Shown in pieces: positions 9,082 to 18,206 of a DNA stretch of 64,000 nt (within the stretch, counting starts at the first letter, position 1; every line of letters starts with the position of its first letter). The notes beneath the pieces were generated by a model, which did not search any database, was not told the DNA's origin, and saw nothing but the letters and a program-made list of their open reading frames with translations. The stretch lies in the IMG/VR virus record IMGVR_UViG_3300045988_175656. One strand, written 5' to 3'. The translations under genes and the position numbers were made by a program. This DNA is from a virus.

Positions 9082-9534
9082 TTAAAGAATTGGATGTTCA
9101 ATTGTTAAACCAGCATTAACAGTTATTCCATCAACAATTATTGTAAATGTACAATAATCATCATAATTACCTTCTGCTTTATCTTTATCATATATACACT
9201 GTAAATCAGCAATTGCCATTTGATTATTATGAGTAGTCACACAGTTTTTCCAATAATTAAAATTAACATCAGTAGTAGATTGATATGGACTTAAATTAAC
9301 TTCTAAATGTCCATAATACGAACTACCACTCATATTAACAGCTAAATTAGTAGTTACTCTATCTCCTGCAATATCTGATATTGTAACATCAAGATAATCA
9401 CCATTCATATATTGTTCTGTATTTGATGGTGGTGTTCCCCCAGGTGTAAAAACCATACCATTTGCAGTTAATCTAATACTAAAAGTTATGGTTCTTAAAT
9501 TTCCATCTTGATTAATTCTAAAAGTACTCGCCAT
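9082..9534 (-). CDS. MASTF-family protein 3
   Basis: Starts MASTFRINQDG; palindrome at 9543-9569. Confidence 0.8.
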   Translation of the reverse strand: MASTFRINQDGNLRTITFSIRLTANGMVFTPGGTPPSNTEQYMNGDYLDVTISDIAGDRVTTNLAVNMSGSSYYGHLEVNLSPYQSTTDVNFNYWKNCVTTHNNQMAIADLQCIYDKDKAEGNYDDYCTFTIIVDGITVNAGLTIEHPIL

Positions 9535-9542
9535 TGTCTTGT

Positions 9543-9584
9543 TTAGTTTACTAATTATTAGTAAACTAAATGAAAAAATAACAA
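9543..9584 (-). promoter_or_regulatory. MASTF leader element 3
   Basis: The reverse complement reads TTGTTATTTTTT-cat-TTAGTTTACTAATAATTAGTAAACTAA; ATG at 9534. Confidence 0.7.
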
Positions 9585-9588
9585 TTTT

Positions 9589-9891
9589 TTAGTCAGGATA
9601 TTGATAAATTCCATCAGTTGTTGGAGTACAATGACACCACCAGTCTCCTGTTGTTCTAAATCCCCATATATTTGTCTGCCCTTTTTGTACAATTACTGTT
9701 TTAGAAATATGTCTTCCAGGGTTATCACAATCAATATACATTATTAATACACTTATGTCAACATTTGTTGGATGCTCAAATCTTAAATCATATTGATTAC
9801 AATTACTTCCTTCATCACCTTCTTTTTTTGGTAATATATTATTCATTGGTAATGATTTACCTACTTGGTTAATTATGAATGTGCTTGCCAT
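9589..9891 (-). CDS. MASTF-family protein 4
   Basis: Starts MASTFIINQVG; palindrome at 9899-9925; ends ..GIYQYPD. Confidence 0.8.
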   Translation of the reverse strand: MASTFIINQVGKSLPMNNILPKKEGDEGSNCNQYDLRFEHPTNVDISVLIMYIDCDNPGRHISKTVIVQKGQTNIWGFRTTGDWWCHCTPTTDGIYQYPD

Positions 9892-9898
9892 GTTTTGT

Positions 9899-9936
9899 TT
9901 AGTTTACTAATTATTAGTAAACTAAACAAAAAAATT
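9899..9936 (-). promoter_or_regulatory. MASTF leader element 4
   Basis: The reverse complement reads GAATTTTTTTG-TTTAGTTTACTAATAATTAGTAAACTAA; ATG at 9891. It lies in the divergent region shared with the tail-fibre operon. Confidence 0.65.
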
Positions 9937-10028
9937 CATCTCCTATTTGCTTAAAATGAAACAACTTACAAAGTAATTTTCATTAATAACAAATTATGAA
10001 CAAATATTTATAGTAAAATTATAAAGAG

Positions 10029-12434
10029 ATGACAGAATTTGATTTAAATAATCCTTTTAATGATGCTTCAAAGGATGGTATGTTACCTGATGGTTGTGGT
10101 ATTTTTGAAAGATATTATACAAGTGGACAAGAAGTAGATTTTTGTGGTCTTTCTCCAAATCCAGATGATTATGAAACACCACAAACATTATATGAAAAAA
10201 TATTGGAGTTAGTAAAAAGAATAATTGTAGCTGTTGATTTAAACACTAATGGAACATATAAACCATCTGATTTCGATATTTATCCATTAATTGCAAATGC
10301 AACATCAGTTAAAGATGCTGTTGAAAGATTGTCAAAATATATTGAAGATTTACAACAGAAAAAATTTGATAAACTTAATTTAAAATTAAAATATGAAAAT
10401 GGTAATGTTTCATTAGTTTTTAATGGTGAAGCTTATACTACTATTAATATACCTGAAGAACAATTTCTTGATAGTGAAGAAACTAAATTCATTTCGGCTG
10501 CTACTATTGATGATTATATGAATGACTCTTCTGTAATTGTTGGAAAACCTTATTTGAAACTAAGTTTCAAAACAATTGATGCAAGTGGTAAACCTTCTAT
10601 TACATATACATACATTCCAATGACTTATTTATTTAATGTTTATGGTGTGGAAGATACCAATTCAATTGATATGCATATGGTTGCTTCAGGAGATACAAAT
10701 GTATTTTCAGGTGATTTAAGAATAAATGATGTTAGTAGTAATGCGTTAAAAGTAGATGCTTTGGGAGCATATGTTGAAGATTTAAATCCTATTATTGAAG
10801 CTGAACAAATTCGTGCTGAAGCTGCTGAAAAAACATTGACAGATGATTTGGCTAAAGAAGTAACTCGTGCAACCAATATGGAATATAACATTATTAATAT
10901 GGTTAGTAATGAAACTGATAGAGCCATAGAAGCTGAAAAGAAACTACAAGACCAAATTACAACTGAAGTTAATCGTGCGTCAAATACTGAACAACAATTA
11001 TATGACAGAATACAAGCTGAACAAACTCGTGCTGTTAGAGTGGAAGGTGATTTACGTGATGATTTAAATTTTGAAATTCAACGTTCAACTAACAAAGATA
11101 TACAATTAGAAAATGCAATTAAGGCTGAACAAACTCGTGCTGAAGCTGCTGAAAAAACATTGACAGATGAAATTGTAGCGGAAACTAATAGAGCTAAAAA
11201 TGAAGAAACAAGAATTGAAAAAGACTTAAATGACAAAATCATAAATAATTCAGATGCTCTTGCTGCTGAAGTAACTCGTGCTAAAAGTGAAGAAACGAGA
11301 ATTGAAACCAAGTTTGATACTTTAGTTTCTGCTAATACCACAGCAATTGAAACTGAAGTAACTCGTGCAACTAATGCTGAAGCTGCACTGAATAAGAAAA
11401 TTGAGGACGAAACAACTCGTGCAAAAGCTGCCGAAAAAGTTAATGCTGATGCAATTGTAACAGAAACGACAAGAGCAACTAATAGAGAGAATGAATTAGA
11501 TGCTGATATTAAAAATAGAATAAAATCTATAACTGGAAGTAATGGTATTAATGCAACAACAGATATTAATAAAAATGTAACTCTTTCAGGAAAAGTTAAA
11601 TCAGGTGATAAAATATTATCAGTTGATAGTAATGGTTTTTCATCTACATTAGGAATGTCAATAAGTGGTAAAACCATTAGTTTGACAGGTATTGGCAATT
11701 CTGAAATATCTAAAATTACTGTTCCTGGTGATGATTTAACATTTGCTGGCAGTAATGGCATAACAGTTGTTAAAAGTGGTGATACAGTTACCTCAACTAT
11801 TATTGTAGACCCTAATTCGTCAAATCAATTAACAAAAAGTAGTACAGGATTGATGGTAAATCCTGAAAACATTACATTAGTTGATTCAACAGGTGGAACT
11901 AAAATATTAACCACAACAGCTAATTTAGTTATTGTTAATGTAACCTCACAATTAAACTATATTGGTATATCAAATAGTAAACAAGATAAAATAACATTTT
12001 TTAATAATAGTGCATTAGAAGTATTGTTTTCATTTAATAATTCTTCAGCAGGAACTAATAAATTTGTTAAAGATTATATAATAACTTCATTAGCTTTACC
12101 AAGTAAAGGCTCAATTGATTTTGTTAAAAGAAATGATGGATGGCACGTATCTTCATTATTTGGTTTATCTTACTTTCCAGATTTGAGTGATTCTTCACGT
12201 AGTGATGATTATGCATTAATTGTTAAAAAAGATGGAACTGCAACTATTGAAGAAATTGTTGATATGAAAGCTTGGGATGAATCTATATTGTCTGATTTAA
12301 GTGCTGTACAATTAGAAAATATGTTTCCTAATGCTCATGCAGGTTTTCAATTAGTATGTTATTCAAATAATTGTATATATGAAAAAGCTAACGAGTTAGG
12401 TGGATGGTTAAAAATAAATTGTGTAAAATTATAA
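10029..12434 (+). CDS. tail fibre protein with coiled-coil repeat shaft
   Basis: 801 aa. About 12 tandem ~18-aa repeats E-x-[TN]-R-A-x3-E-x2-L-x3-I (aa ~257-500), followed by a Ser/Thr/Gly-rich beta region and a C-terminal globular part. Confidence 0.75.
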   Translation: MTEFDLNNPFNDASKDGMLPDGCGIFERYYTSGQEVDFCGLSPNPDDYETPQTLYEKILELVKRIIVAVDLNTNGTYKPSDFDIYPLIANATSVKDAVERLSKYIEDLQQKKFDKLNLKLKYENGNVSLVFNGEAYTTINIPEEQFLDSEETKFISAATIDDYMNDSSVIVGKPYLKLSFKTIDASGKPSITYTYIPMTYLFNVYGVEDTNSIDMHMVASGDTNVFSGDLRINDVSSNALKVDALGAYVEDLNPIIEAEQIRAEAAEKTLTDDLAKEVTRATNMEYNIINMVSNETDRAIEAEKKLQDQITTEVNRASNTEQQLYDRIQAEQTRAVRVEGDLRDDLNFEIQRSTNKDIQLENAIKAEQTRAEAAEKTLTDEIVAETNRAKNEETRIEKDLNDKIINNSDALAAEVTRAKSEETRIETKFDTLVSANTTAIETEVTRATNAEAALNKKIEDETTRAKAAEKVNADAIVTETTRATNRENELDADIKNRIKSITGSNGINATTDINKNVTLSGKVKSGDKILSVDSNGFSSTLGMSISGKTISLTGIGNSEISKITVPGDDLTFAGSNGITVVKSGDTVTSTIIVDPNSSNQLTKSSTGLMVNPENITLVDSTGGTKILTTTANLVIVNVTSQLNYIGISNSKQDKITFFNNSALEVLFSFNNSSAGTNKFVKDYIITSLALPSKGSIDFVKRNDGWHVSSLFGLSYFPDLSDSSRSDDYALIVKKDGTATIEEIVDMKAWDESILSDLSAVQLENMFPNAHAGFQLVCYSNNCIYEKANELGGWLKINCVKL
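10800..10846 (+). repeat. 47-nt direct repeat, copy 1 (46/47 identical to 11124-11170)
   Basis: GCTGAACAAATTCGTGCTGAAGCTGCTGAAAAAACATTGACAGATGA. Confidence 0.85.
11124..11170 (+). repeat. 47-nt direct repeat, copy 2
   Basis: GCTGAACAAACTCGTGCTGAAGCTGCTGAAAAAACATTGACAGATGA. Confidence 0.85.
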
Positions 12435-12437
12435 CAA

Positions 12438-13817
12438 ATGGATAAATATGGAAACTATATAAAAAGAATTCCAAGCCCTGATGCAAATAGAACAACAATT
12501 TTTACAACATTTAATTATGCATTCCAAAATTATTATTCAAATGATTTCAATTATATTCCAAATCCAGTTATAAATTCAGATTATAATTGTTACATACGAT
12601 TTGATTCAGAAACGCCTGGTGAAGTAGTTGTTGATTGGGGGGATGGAAACATTGAAACATTCAAAATGAGAAAATATGGCACAAATGCATATATTGCTGC
12701 TTGGAGAACACTTAATGTTGATTATAGGAAAAACCCATCAGCAACAGGTGGTGGATGGAGCTTAGGTATTGACCAAGACACAGGAGAGTATATAAGACCC
12801 TATCCAAATCACCATTATGCTGATGATGATATAAATGGTGAAAGAGTTATTAGGATGACATTTACTTGTGATATTATAAGAGCATATTTTAACACAACTG
12901 TACATCATAATTTCCCAATATTAGAAATGACTAATCTAAAACAATTACTATTAACGGATAATAAATACATTAATGAAATACCATATAGTAGAATTACTAA
13001 GTTAAAAAACTTAACTTATCTTAATTTTAATAGATTAGGTGGTACATTACAATATATTCCTGATTCAATTTTTGATATGACAGGTTTAACATCATTGACA
13101 TTAGCTGGAGTTGTTAATCTCTCTAATTTAGATTCATCTAATATTAGAAAAATATCTAATTTAAAAAAATTAACAACATTAGATTTAAACACAACACAAA
13201 TACCACAATATATCAAAGAGTTTAACGATTTGCCAAACTTGGTATCTTTAAACATTGCGCCTAATGTTAATTCAGATACACAACCAAGATTTGATGAAGT
13301 TACTCAAATAAATCAAAAATTAACAAACCTTAATTATATGGGGTCTAATTGGATAGCAGGTAGAGTCAGAACTAATTGGGCTGATTGGATAAGCGGAAAA
13401 GGAATTGGGAATATACAAACACTTTATGCTGATTATGCTCCAAAATTGACTTGGAATTTGCCAGAATATATAAGAAACGAAATGCGTTCTTTATCTACAA
13501 TTAATCTAATTAATGATACACCAACACAAGATAGAGCAGATACTTTTGTTAATAATTTTTATAATTATGTTACAGGATGGACACAAATTACTATGTCATC
13601 AATAGCAAAAGATGGTAAAAGAAACCAATTATATGGATTATATGTTAATTTATATAGCGCATCTGAGCCACAAAACAATACAAGACCATCAGGTGTGGAA
13701 CAAGCCCCATCTGGTTTTGTAAAAGGCTCTAATAATGGCAACCCAACAACTCCAATGGAAAAAATATATGTGTTAAAAAATAACTATGCACAAGCATGGA
13801 ATGTTAAACCAGCATAA
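12438..13817 (+). CDS. PKD-like + leucine-rich-repeat protein (receptor-binding candidate), paralogue A
   Basis: Has VVDWGDGNIETF...NHHY (PKD-like), then LRRs (LKNLTYLNFN, LTSLTLAG, LKKLTTLDLN). Its C-terminus is shared with the next gene. Confidence 0.75.
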   Translation: MDKYGNYIKRIPSPDANRTTIFTTFNYAFQNYYSNDFNYIPNPVINSDYNCYIRFDSETPGEVVVDWGDGNIETFKMRKYGTNAYIAAWRTLNVDYRKNPSATGGGWSLGIDQDTGEYIRPYPNHHYADDDINGERVIRMTFTCDIIRAYFNTTVHHNFPILEMTNLKQLLLTDNKYINEIPYSRITKLKNLTYLNFNRLGGTLQYIPDSIFDMTGLTSLTLAGVVNLSNLDSSNIRKISNLKKLTTLDLNTTQIPQYIKEFNDLPNLVSLNIAPNVNSDTQPRFDEVTQINQKLTNLNYMGSNWIAGRVRTNWADWISGKGIGNIQTLYADYAPKLTWNLPEYIRNEMRSLSTINLINDTPTQDRADTFVNNFYNYVTGWTQITMSSIAKDGKRNQLYGLYVNLYSASEPQNNTRPSGVEQAPSGFVKGSNNGNPTTPMEKIYVLKNNYAQAWNVKPA

Positions 13818-13819
13818 AA

Positions 13820-15190
13820 ATGTTAACTAGAACTTACAAAATTGATAATACAAATAGAGTAGTACTTTATATGCAAGGAGAATATGCATTTAAAAGTTTA
13901 TATTTCTCTAATCCACAACAAACACCTACACCGACAACAGGTTCAGACCATAATTCAACAATTAGGTTTCAATCTTCAAGTCCAGGTAGTGTAACTGTTG
14001 ATTGGGATGATGGAAATGTTGAAACATTTCAAATGCAAAATAACGGTTCATCTTATATAATTGGATGGCGTTGTTTGGATGTTGATTATTATAAAAATCC
14101 ATCATCAACAGGTGGTGGGTGGGGATGGGGTATTGACCAAAGCACTGGTCAATACATAAAACCATTACCAAATCATCATTACACAGATGGAGAAACAAGA
14201 GAAAGGCATATTATCATAACATTTACTTGTGAAGATGTATATTATTTCAATAGTGAAACTGTTACCATGTGGAGTTTTCCTATTTTGGAATTACCTGCTT
14301 TACAGACATTAGGAATTTCATATACTAGCTATATAAACGAAATACCTTTTGTGAGAATATCTAAAGTCAAAAATTTAACAACTTTAAATTTTACATCATT
14401 AGGTAGCAAATTGCAATTTATTCCTGATTCGCTATTTGAGATGACAGGCTTAACATCATTAGCAATATCAGGTGTATTTAATTTAAGTGACCCAGATGCA
14501 TCTAATTTTAGAAATATTAAAAAACTTAAAAATTTAAAATCATTAACAGCAACAGTTTGTAATATAACAACTTATATAAAAGAATTTAATGATTTACCAA
14601 AGTTAGAAAATTTAAATATTAGTAATGCAAACTTAGCTTATTATGGTGCTGATGGAGTACCAACTTTCAACGAAATATCAACTATTAACCCATCAATTAA
14701 AATAATGAATGTTCTTGGAGCAGGTTATAGTGGTAGTGGTATTAGAACTTCGTGGATGGAGAATGTATTTGCTGGAAAAGGATTAGAAAATTTAACTCAA
14801 TTATTAATCGAATATCAAAATAATCTTACTTTAATATTGCCTGAATATTTGAAAGAAATGAATAGTTTAAATTATATTTATGGGTTAAATTCTTTTAAAA
14901 GTCAAAGTAGAGCCGATACATGGGTAAATAATTTATATAGTTACATGACTAATTGGGAACAAGTAACTATGACAAATAAACTTAAAAATGGTAAACGTAA
15001 TCAGTTTTATGGTTTAAGTGTAAGTATGTGGTCAAGTAGTTATCCTTATGATTATAGACCATCAGGAACATATCAAGCCCCATCTGGTTTTGTAAAGGGT
15101 GTTAGTAATGGTAATCCAACAACACCAATGGAAAAAATATATGTAATGCAAAACAACTATGCTCATAGTTGGAATATAAGACCAGCATAA
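13820..15190 (+). CDS. PKD-like + leucine-rich-repeat protein, paralogue B
   Basis: Collinear paralogue of 12438-13817. Shared blocks include VDWDDGNVETF, NHHY, IPDS[IL]F[DE]MTGLTSL and APSGFVKG..NGNPTTPMEKIYV. Confidence 0.75.
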   Translation: MLTRTYKIDNTNRVVLYMQGEYAFKSLYFSNPQQTPTPTTGSDHNSTIRFQSSSPGSVTVDWDDGNVETFQMQNNGSSYIIGWRCLDVDYYKNPSSTGGGWGWGIDQSTGQYIKPLPNHHYTDGETRERHIIITFTCEDVYYFNSETVTMWSFPILELPALQTLGISYTSYINEIPFVRISKVKNLTTLNFTSLGSKLQFIPDSLFEMTGLTSLAISGVFNLSDPDASNFRNIKKLKNLKSLTATVCNITTYIKEFNDLPKLENLNISNANLAYYGADGVPTFNEISTINPSIKIMNVLGAGYSGSGIRTSWMENVFAGKGLENLTQLLIEYQNNLTLILPEYLKEMNSLNYIYGLNSFKSQSRADTWVNNLYSYMTNWEQVTMTNKLKNGKRNQFYGLSVSMWSSSYPYDYRPSGTYQAPSGFVKGVSNGNPTTPMEKIYVMQNNYAHSWNIRPA

Positions 15191-15194
15191 ATAA

Positions 15195-15221
15195 AAAAAG
15201 GAGAAGTCATTCTCCTTTTTT
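15195..15221. terminator. bidirectional intrinsic terminator
   Basis: AAAAAGGAGAA-gtca-TTCTCCTTTTT between 13820-15190(+) and 15227-16603(-). Confidence 0.7.
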
Positions 15222-15226
15222 ATTAT

Positions 15227-16603
15227 TTAATAGTTAATATTATTAATATGTTTAAAGCATTCTTCTTTAGTGATAAGTGGGTTATTTAGCCATAATTTAG
15301 TTAAATAATCTAAATATAATTTAACTTTTGGACCAGGCTCTATATTCTTATATGATATAATATCTTCACCATTAACAGGAAGTTTTAGTTTAAAAGCATC
15401 TAATCCTTGTTCAACTAATTTATCACTTCTTTCTTTGATTAATCTTACCTGATTTGGCATACAATGGTCAGATTTATGTGCTCTATTATCTGCATCAATC
15501 AAATCCATTGTAAGTTCAAATGTGTCACCAAGAGCTAATTGTAATTTACGAACACTTTTATCTTTTAATTTTGCACAATCATCACCAAACGATTTAGTTC
15601 TCATATGAGCATTTACAGCCTTTCTAACACGTTTAATTATATCATTCGGGTATTTCATTGTTCTCATTCTAACCTCACTTAAAAAGGCTGAAACGTTCTC
15701 ATGATTGTAAAAATGAATTTTTCCATTTTCATCAACTGTTTTAGTTTTTATTTTACCTAAATCATGAAACAATGCAGCAACTCTATTTTCAAGAATTGGT
15801 TTTGTATTATCAACAACCATTAGTGTATGTTCCCATGCAGTTCCAAAATGATATTCATTCTGTTCAAGATTCACCATTTCAACAAAATCAGGAAGGACGT
15901 ACTGAAGTAAACCTGTTTTTTCTAACATTCTTAAACCAACACTCGGTTTTTTTGTTAAAAGAATTTTATTTATTTCATCAGTAACCCTTTCTTGTGTGAT
16001 AATTTGAATTCTTTCAACATTATCAATAATTCCTTGCATTGTTTTTTCTTCTATTTCCCATCCATAACGAGATGCAAATCTTATACAACGAAGCATACGG
16101 AGAGCATCTTGGTTAAATATAATATTTGGGTTAGAAGTAGAACGAATAATTTTACTATTTAAATCGTTTAGACCTTTTCCAGAAAAATCGTATAATTCAT
16201 CAGTTGATATATTAATAAACATTGAATTAATCGTAAAATCTCTTCTCAAACATTCTTCTTCAATTGTACAACTTTCCACTATTGGATTTCTTGAATCATC
16301 TTTATATTTTTCACTTCTTGGTGCAACACATTCGATTTTTTCTCCCATAAAATTGAACATAGCAGTTCCATAAAGTCCATAACAAAGAGGTGGATGTAAC
16401 TTCATCTTATCACAAAACCAAATTGCGAAATCTATACCTGCATTAATATCACCATCAATCAATAAATCAATATCATTTGACTGATTACCCATAATCAAAT
16501 CTCTCACATAACCACCAACTACCATAACTCTATTCTCATATTCAGTATTTTTGATAGTGTCTTTAATTGAAAGTAATATTTTATTTTCTATTTTAATATT
16601 CAT
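15227..16603 (-). CDS. cca: tRNA nucleotidyltransferase (CCA-adding enzyme / poly(A) polymerase family) with HD domain
   Basis: GGYVRD...NDIDL head motif, RRDFTINSM, and WEHT...FHDLGK (HD). Confidence 0.85.
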   Translation of the reverse strand: MNIKIENKILLSIKDTIKNTEYENRVMVVGGYVRDLIMGNQSNDIDLLIDGDINAGIDFAIWFCDKMKLHPPLCYGLYGTAMFNFMGEKIECVAPRSEKYKDDSRNPIVESCTIEEECLRRDFTINSMFINISTDELYDFSGKGLNDLNSKIIRSTSNPNIIFNQDALRMLRCIRFASRYGWEIEEKTMQGIIDNVERIQIITQERVTDEINKILLTKKPSVGLRMLEKTGLLQYVLPDFVEMVNLEQNEYHFGTAWEHTLMVVDNTKPILENRVAALFHDLGKIKTKTVDENGKIHFYNHENVSAFLSEVRMRTMKYPNDIIKRVRKAVNAHMRTKSFGDDCAKLKDKSVRKLQLALGDTFELTMDLIDADNRAHKSDHCMPNQVRLIKERSDKLVEQGLDAFKLKLPVNGEDIISYKNIEPGPKVKLYLDYLTKLWLNNPLITKEECFKHINNINY

Positions 16604-16608
16604 ATTAT

Positions 16609-16887
16609 TTAATCTTTAATAACCTTTTCCATTAATTCAACTGTATAATCATCAAGAATATCTCCTGCCATTTCAGATAATTCAGGAAATTTTGTCCTTA
16701 AATAATTTCTAATCTGCATTCCTTCTCTAAGATGAACAGGATGTGCTGGTAATCCTTTTTTATCCATATTTAGTTTAAGTACAGGAAATACACTACCTTT
16801 CAGTCCTTTAAGATGTTTAAAGTATCTTACATTTTCTTCTCCAAGCCATATTTTTAATGTCTTGACATACAATTTTTCATTTAACAT
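16609..16887 (-). CDS. hypothetical protein
   Basis: The track start at 16914 is TTG inside the TATATTTG box (16912-16919). The first ATG is 16887 (MLNEKLYV). Confidence 0.6.
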   Translation of the reverse strand: MLNEKLYVKTLKIWLGEENVRYFKHLKGLKGSVFPVLKLNMDKKGLPAHPVHLREGMQIRNYLRTKFPELSEMAGDILDDYTVELMEKVIKD

Positions 16888-16911
16888 ATGATATACTTTT
16901 ATTTTATGCTG

Positions 16912-16919
16912 CAAATATA
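16912..16919 (-). promoter_or_regulatory. Bacteroidota-type -7 box TATATTTG
   Basis: Plus strand caaatata, 25 nt upstream of ATG 16887. Confidence 0.5.
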
Positions 16920-16959
16920 TGACTTTTTATTTAATCAGCCAAAAAAACTACATTAAAAA

Positions 16960-17002
16960 TTGTTATTTTTTTAATTTAGTTTACTAATAATTAGTAAACT
17001 AA
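16960..17002 (+). promoter_or_regulatory. MASTF leader element 5
   Basis: TTGTTATTTTTTT then a perfect palindrome at 16976-17002; ATG at 17009. Confidence 0.7.
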
Positions 17003-17008
17003 CAAAAC

Positions 17009-17338
17009 ATGGCGAGCACATTTAAAATTATACAAGCAGCACATATAATAAAAAATGATTGTACAATTAGAATCAGTAGAGTAGGTGGTTCATGTGTAGA
17101 TATTAGAGCATCTATACCAACAACATCAAAAGTAAATGTATTCTTAAATATAACATATTCAGATGGTATGGGCAATCAAGAGGACATATGGTTAATTACA
17201 ATCCCAAAGGGAACAGAATCATCTTATAGAACTTGTTATGGAATGGGTGGAGATGAAATAGAAATAATGTCAGCTTCTCTTAACGATTTTTCGCCATCAC
17301 AAGACGATACAACAATTTATGATGTCATAGTATCTTAA
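17009..17338 (+). CDS. MASTF-family protein 5
   Basis: Starts MASTFKIIQAA; palindrome at 16976-17002; ends ..TIYDVIVS. Confidence 0.8.
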   Translation: MASTFKIIQAAHIIKNDCTIRISRVGGSCVDIRASIPTTSKVNVFLNITYSDGMGNQEDIWLITIPKGTESSYRTCYGMGGDEIEIMSASLNDFSPSQDDTTIYDVIVS

Positions 17339-17347
17339 AAAATTAAG

Positions 17348-17385
17348 TATTTTTCGATTTAGTTTACTAATAATTAGTAAACTAA
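17348..17385 (+). promoter_or_regulatory. MASTF leader element 6
   Basis: TATTTTTC box at 17348-17355; perfect palindrome at 17359-17385; ATG at 17394. Confidence 0.7.
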
Positions 17386-17393
17386 ACAAAATA

Positions 17394-17789
17394 ATGGCAA
17401 GCACTTTTAAAATTATGCAGCAAGGATATACACCATTAGTAAAAACATTATACATAAATGTTAGTGGAACTTCTGATTTAATCACAATAAACATTGTTGG
17501 TGATGATGGTAACTTTCATTATCCAACTTCAGTTTTATATTTTGCTCTTGAATTTAATTCAGGCGGTAATAGTTGTGTTGGAACTACAATAGATATTGAA
17601 TATAGTAATTTAGAAAATTCACCTATGTATATGAATGTAACAGGCGATTTTGGTAGTAGAACTATTAATAGAAATTCAATATCAATTACTGATTTAGGTT
17701 GTGATGGCAACTATGAAATACCAATTTATATATACTATGGTGGTAATCAATCAGATGATACCTATGATTATGTTGTAAGAGTTGTGTAA
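17394..17789 (+). CDS. MASTF-family protein 6
   Basis: Starts MASTFKIMQQG; palindrome at 17359-17385; ends ..TYDYVVRVV. Confidence 0.8.
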   Translation: MASTFKIMQQGYTPLVKTLYINVSGTSDLITINIVGDDGNFHYPTSVLYFALEFNSGGNSCVGTTIDIEYSNLENSPMYMNVTGDFGSRTINRNSISITDLGCDGNYEIPIYIYYGGNQSDDTYDYVVRVV

Positions 17790-17809
17790 ATTTTTCTCCT
17801 TTAGTACAG

Positions 17810-17847
17810 CATTTTTGCATTTAGTTTGATAATAATTATCAAACTAA
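17810..17847 (+). promoter_or_regulatory. MASTF leader element 7 (covarying variant)
   Basis: CATTTTTG box; palindrome TTAGTTTGATAATAATTATCAAACTAA. AC/GT is changed to GA/TC in both arms, so pairing is kept. Confidence 0.7.
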
Positions 17848-17853
17848 ACAAAC

Positions 17854-18204
17854 ATGGCAAGCACTTTTACAATTTTACAAGATGGGTATGTACCATTAAA
17901 GCCACATATTAATATTCATCTTGAAGATGGAAATTATGGTACAGGGATGGACGGTTTTTTTATAATTGCAACTGCTGAAAAACCTGTTAATAGTAACTTA
18001 ACAATAACAGGTACAGTATATGCATTAGGAGATAATATTGAGAAAGAAATATCAAAGAATTTTACATTATATATAAATAAGTCATCAACAAATGGAGATA
18101 CACATGTATTTAATAATACGCCACAAATATGGTTAAATTATATGGACAATTTAAGTGTATCTCCAAATGAAGATTCATTATATTCATATGATGTTAATTG
18201 GTAG
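17854..18204 (+). CDS. MASTF-family protein 7
   Basis: Starts MASTFTILQDG; covarying palindrome variant at 17821-17847; ends ..LYSYDVNW. Confidence 0.8.
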   Translation: MASTFTILQDGYVPLKPHINIHLEDGNYGTGMDGFFIIATAEKPVNSNLTITGTVYALGDNIEKEISKNFTLYINKSSTNGDTHVFNNTPQIWLNYMDNLSVSPNEDSLYSYDVNW

Positions 18205-18206
18205 TA

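Larger units (their letters stand above)
10797..11523 (+). repeat. about 12 tandem 54-nt (18-aa) coding repeats in the tail-fibre shaft
   Basis: Repeated E-x-[TN]-R-A-x3-E units, e.g. EVTRATNME, EVNRASNTE, EQTRAEAAE, ETTRAKAAE. Two units are expanded to 29 aa. Confidence 0.8.

Noticed and set aside
10640-11761. Antisense ORFs 10640-10927(-) and 11078-11761(-) inside the tail-fibre gene
   Set aside because: They mirror the 54-nt coding repeats of the plus-strand gene and give low-complexity S/A/L/V-rich products. They are fully nested in a far better ORF, with no promoter or start context.
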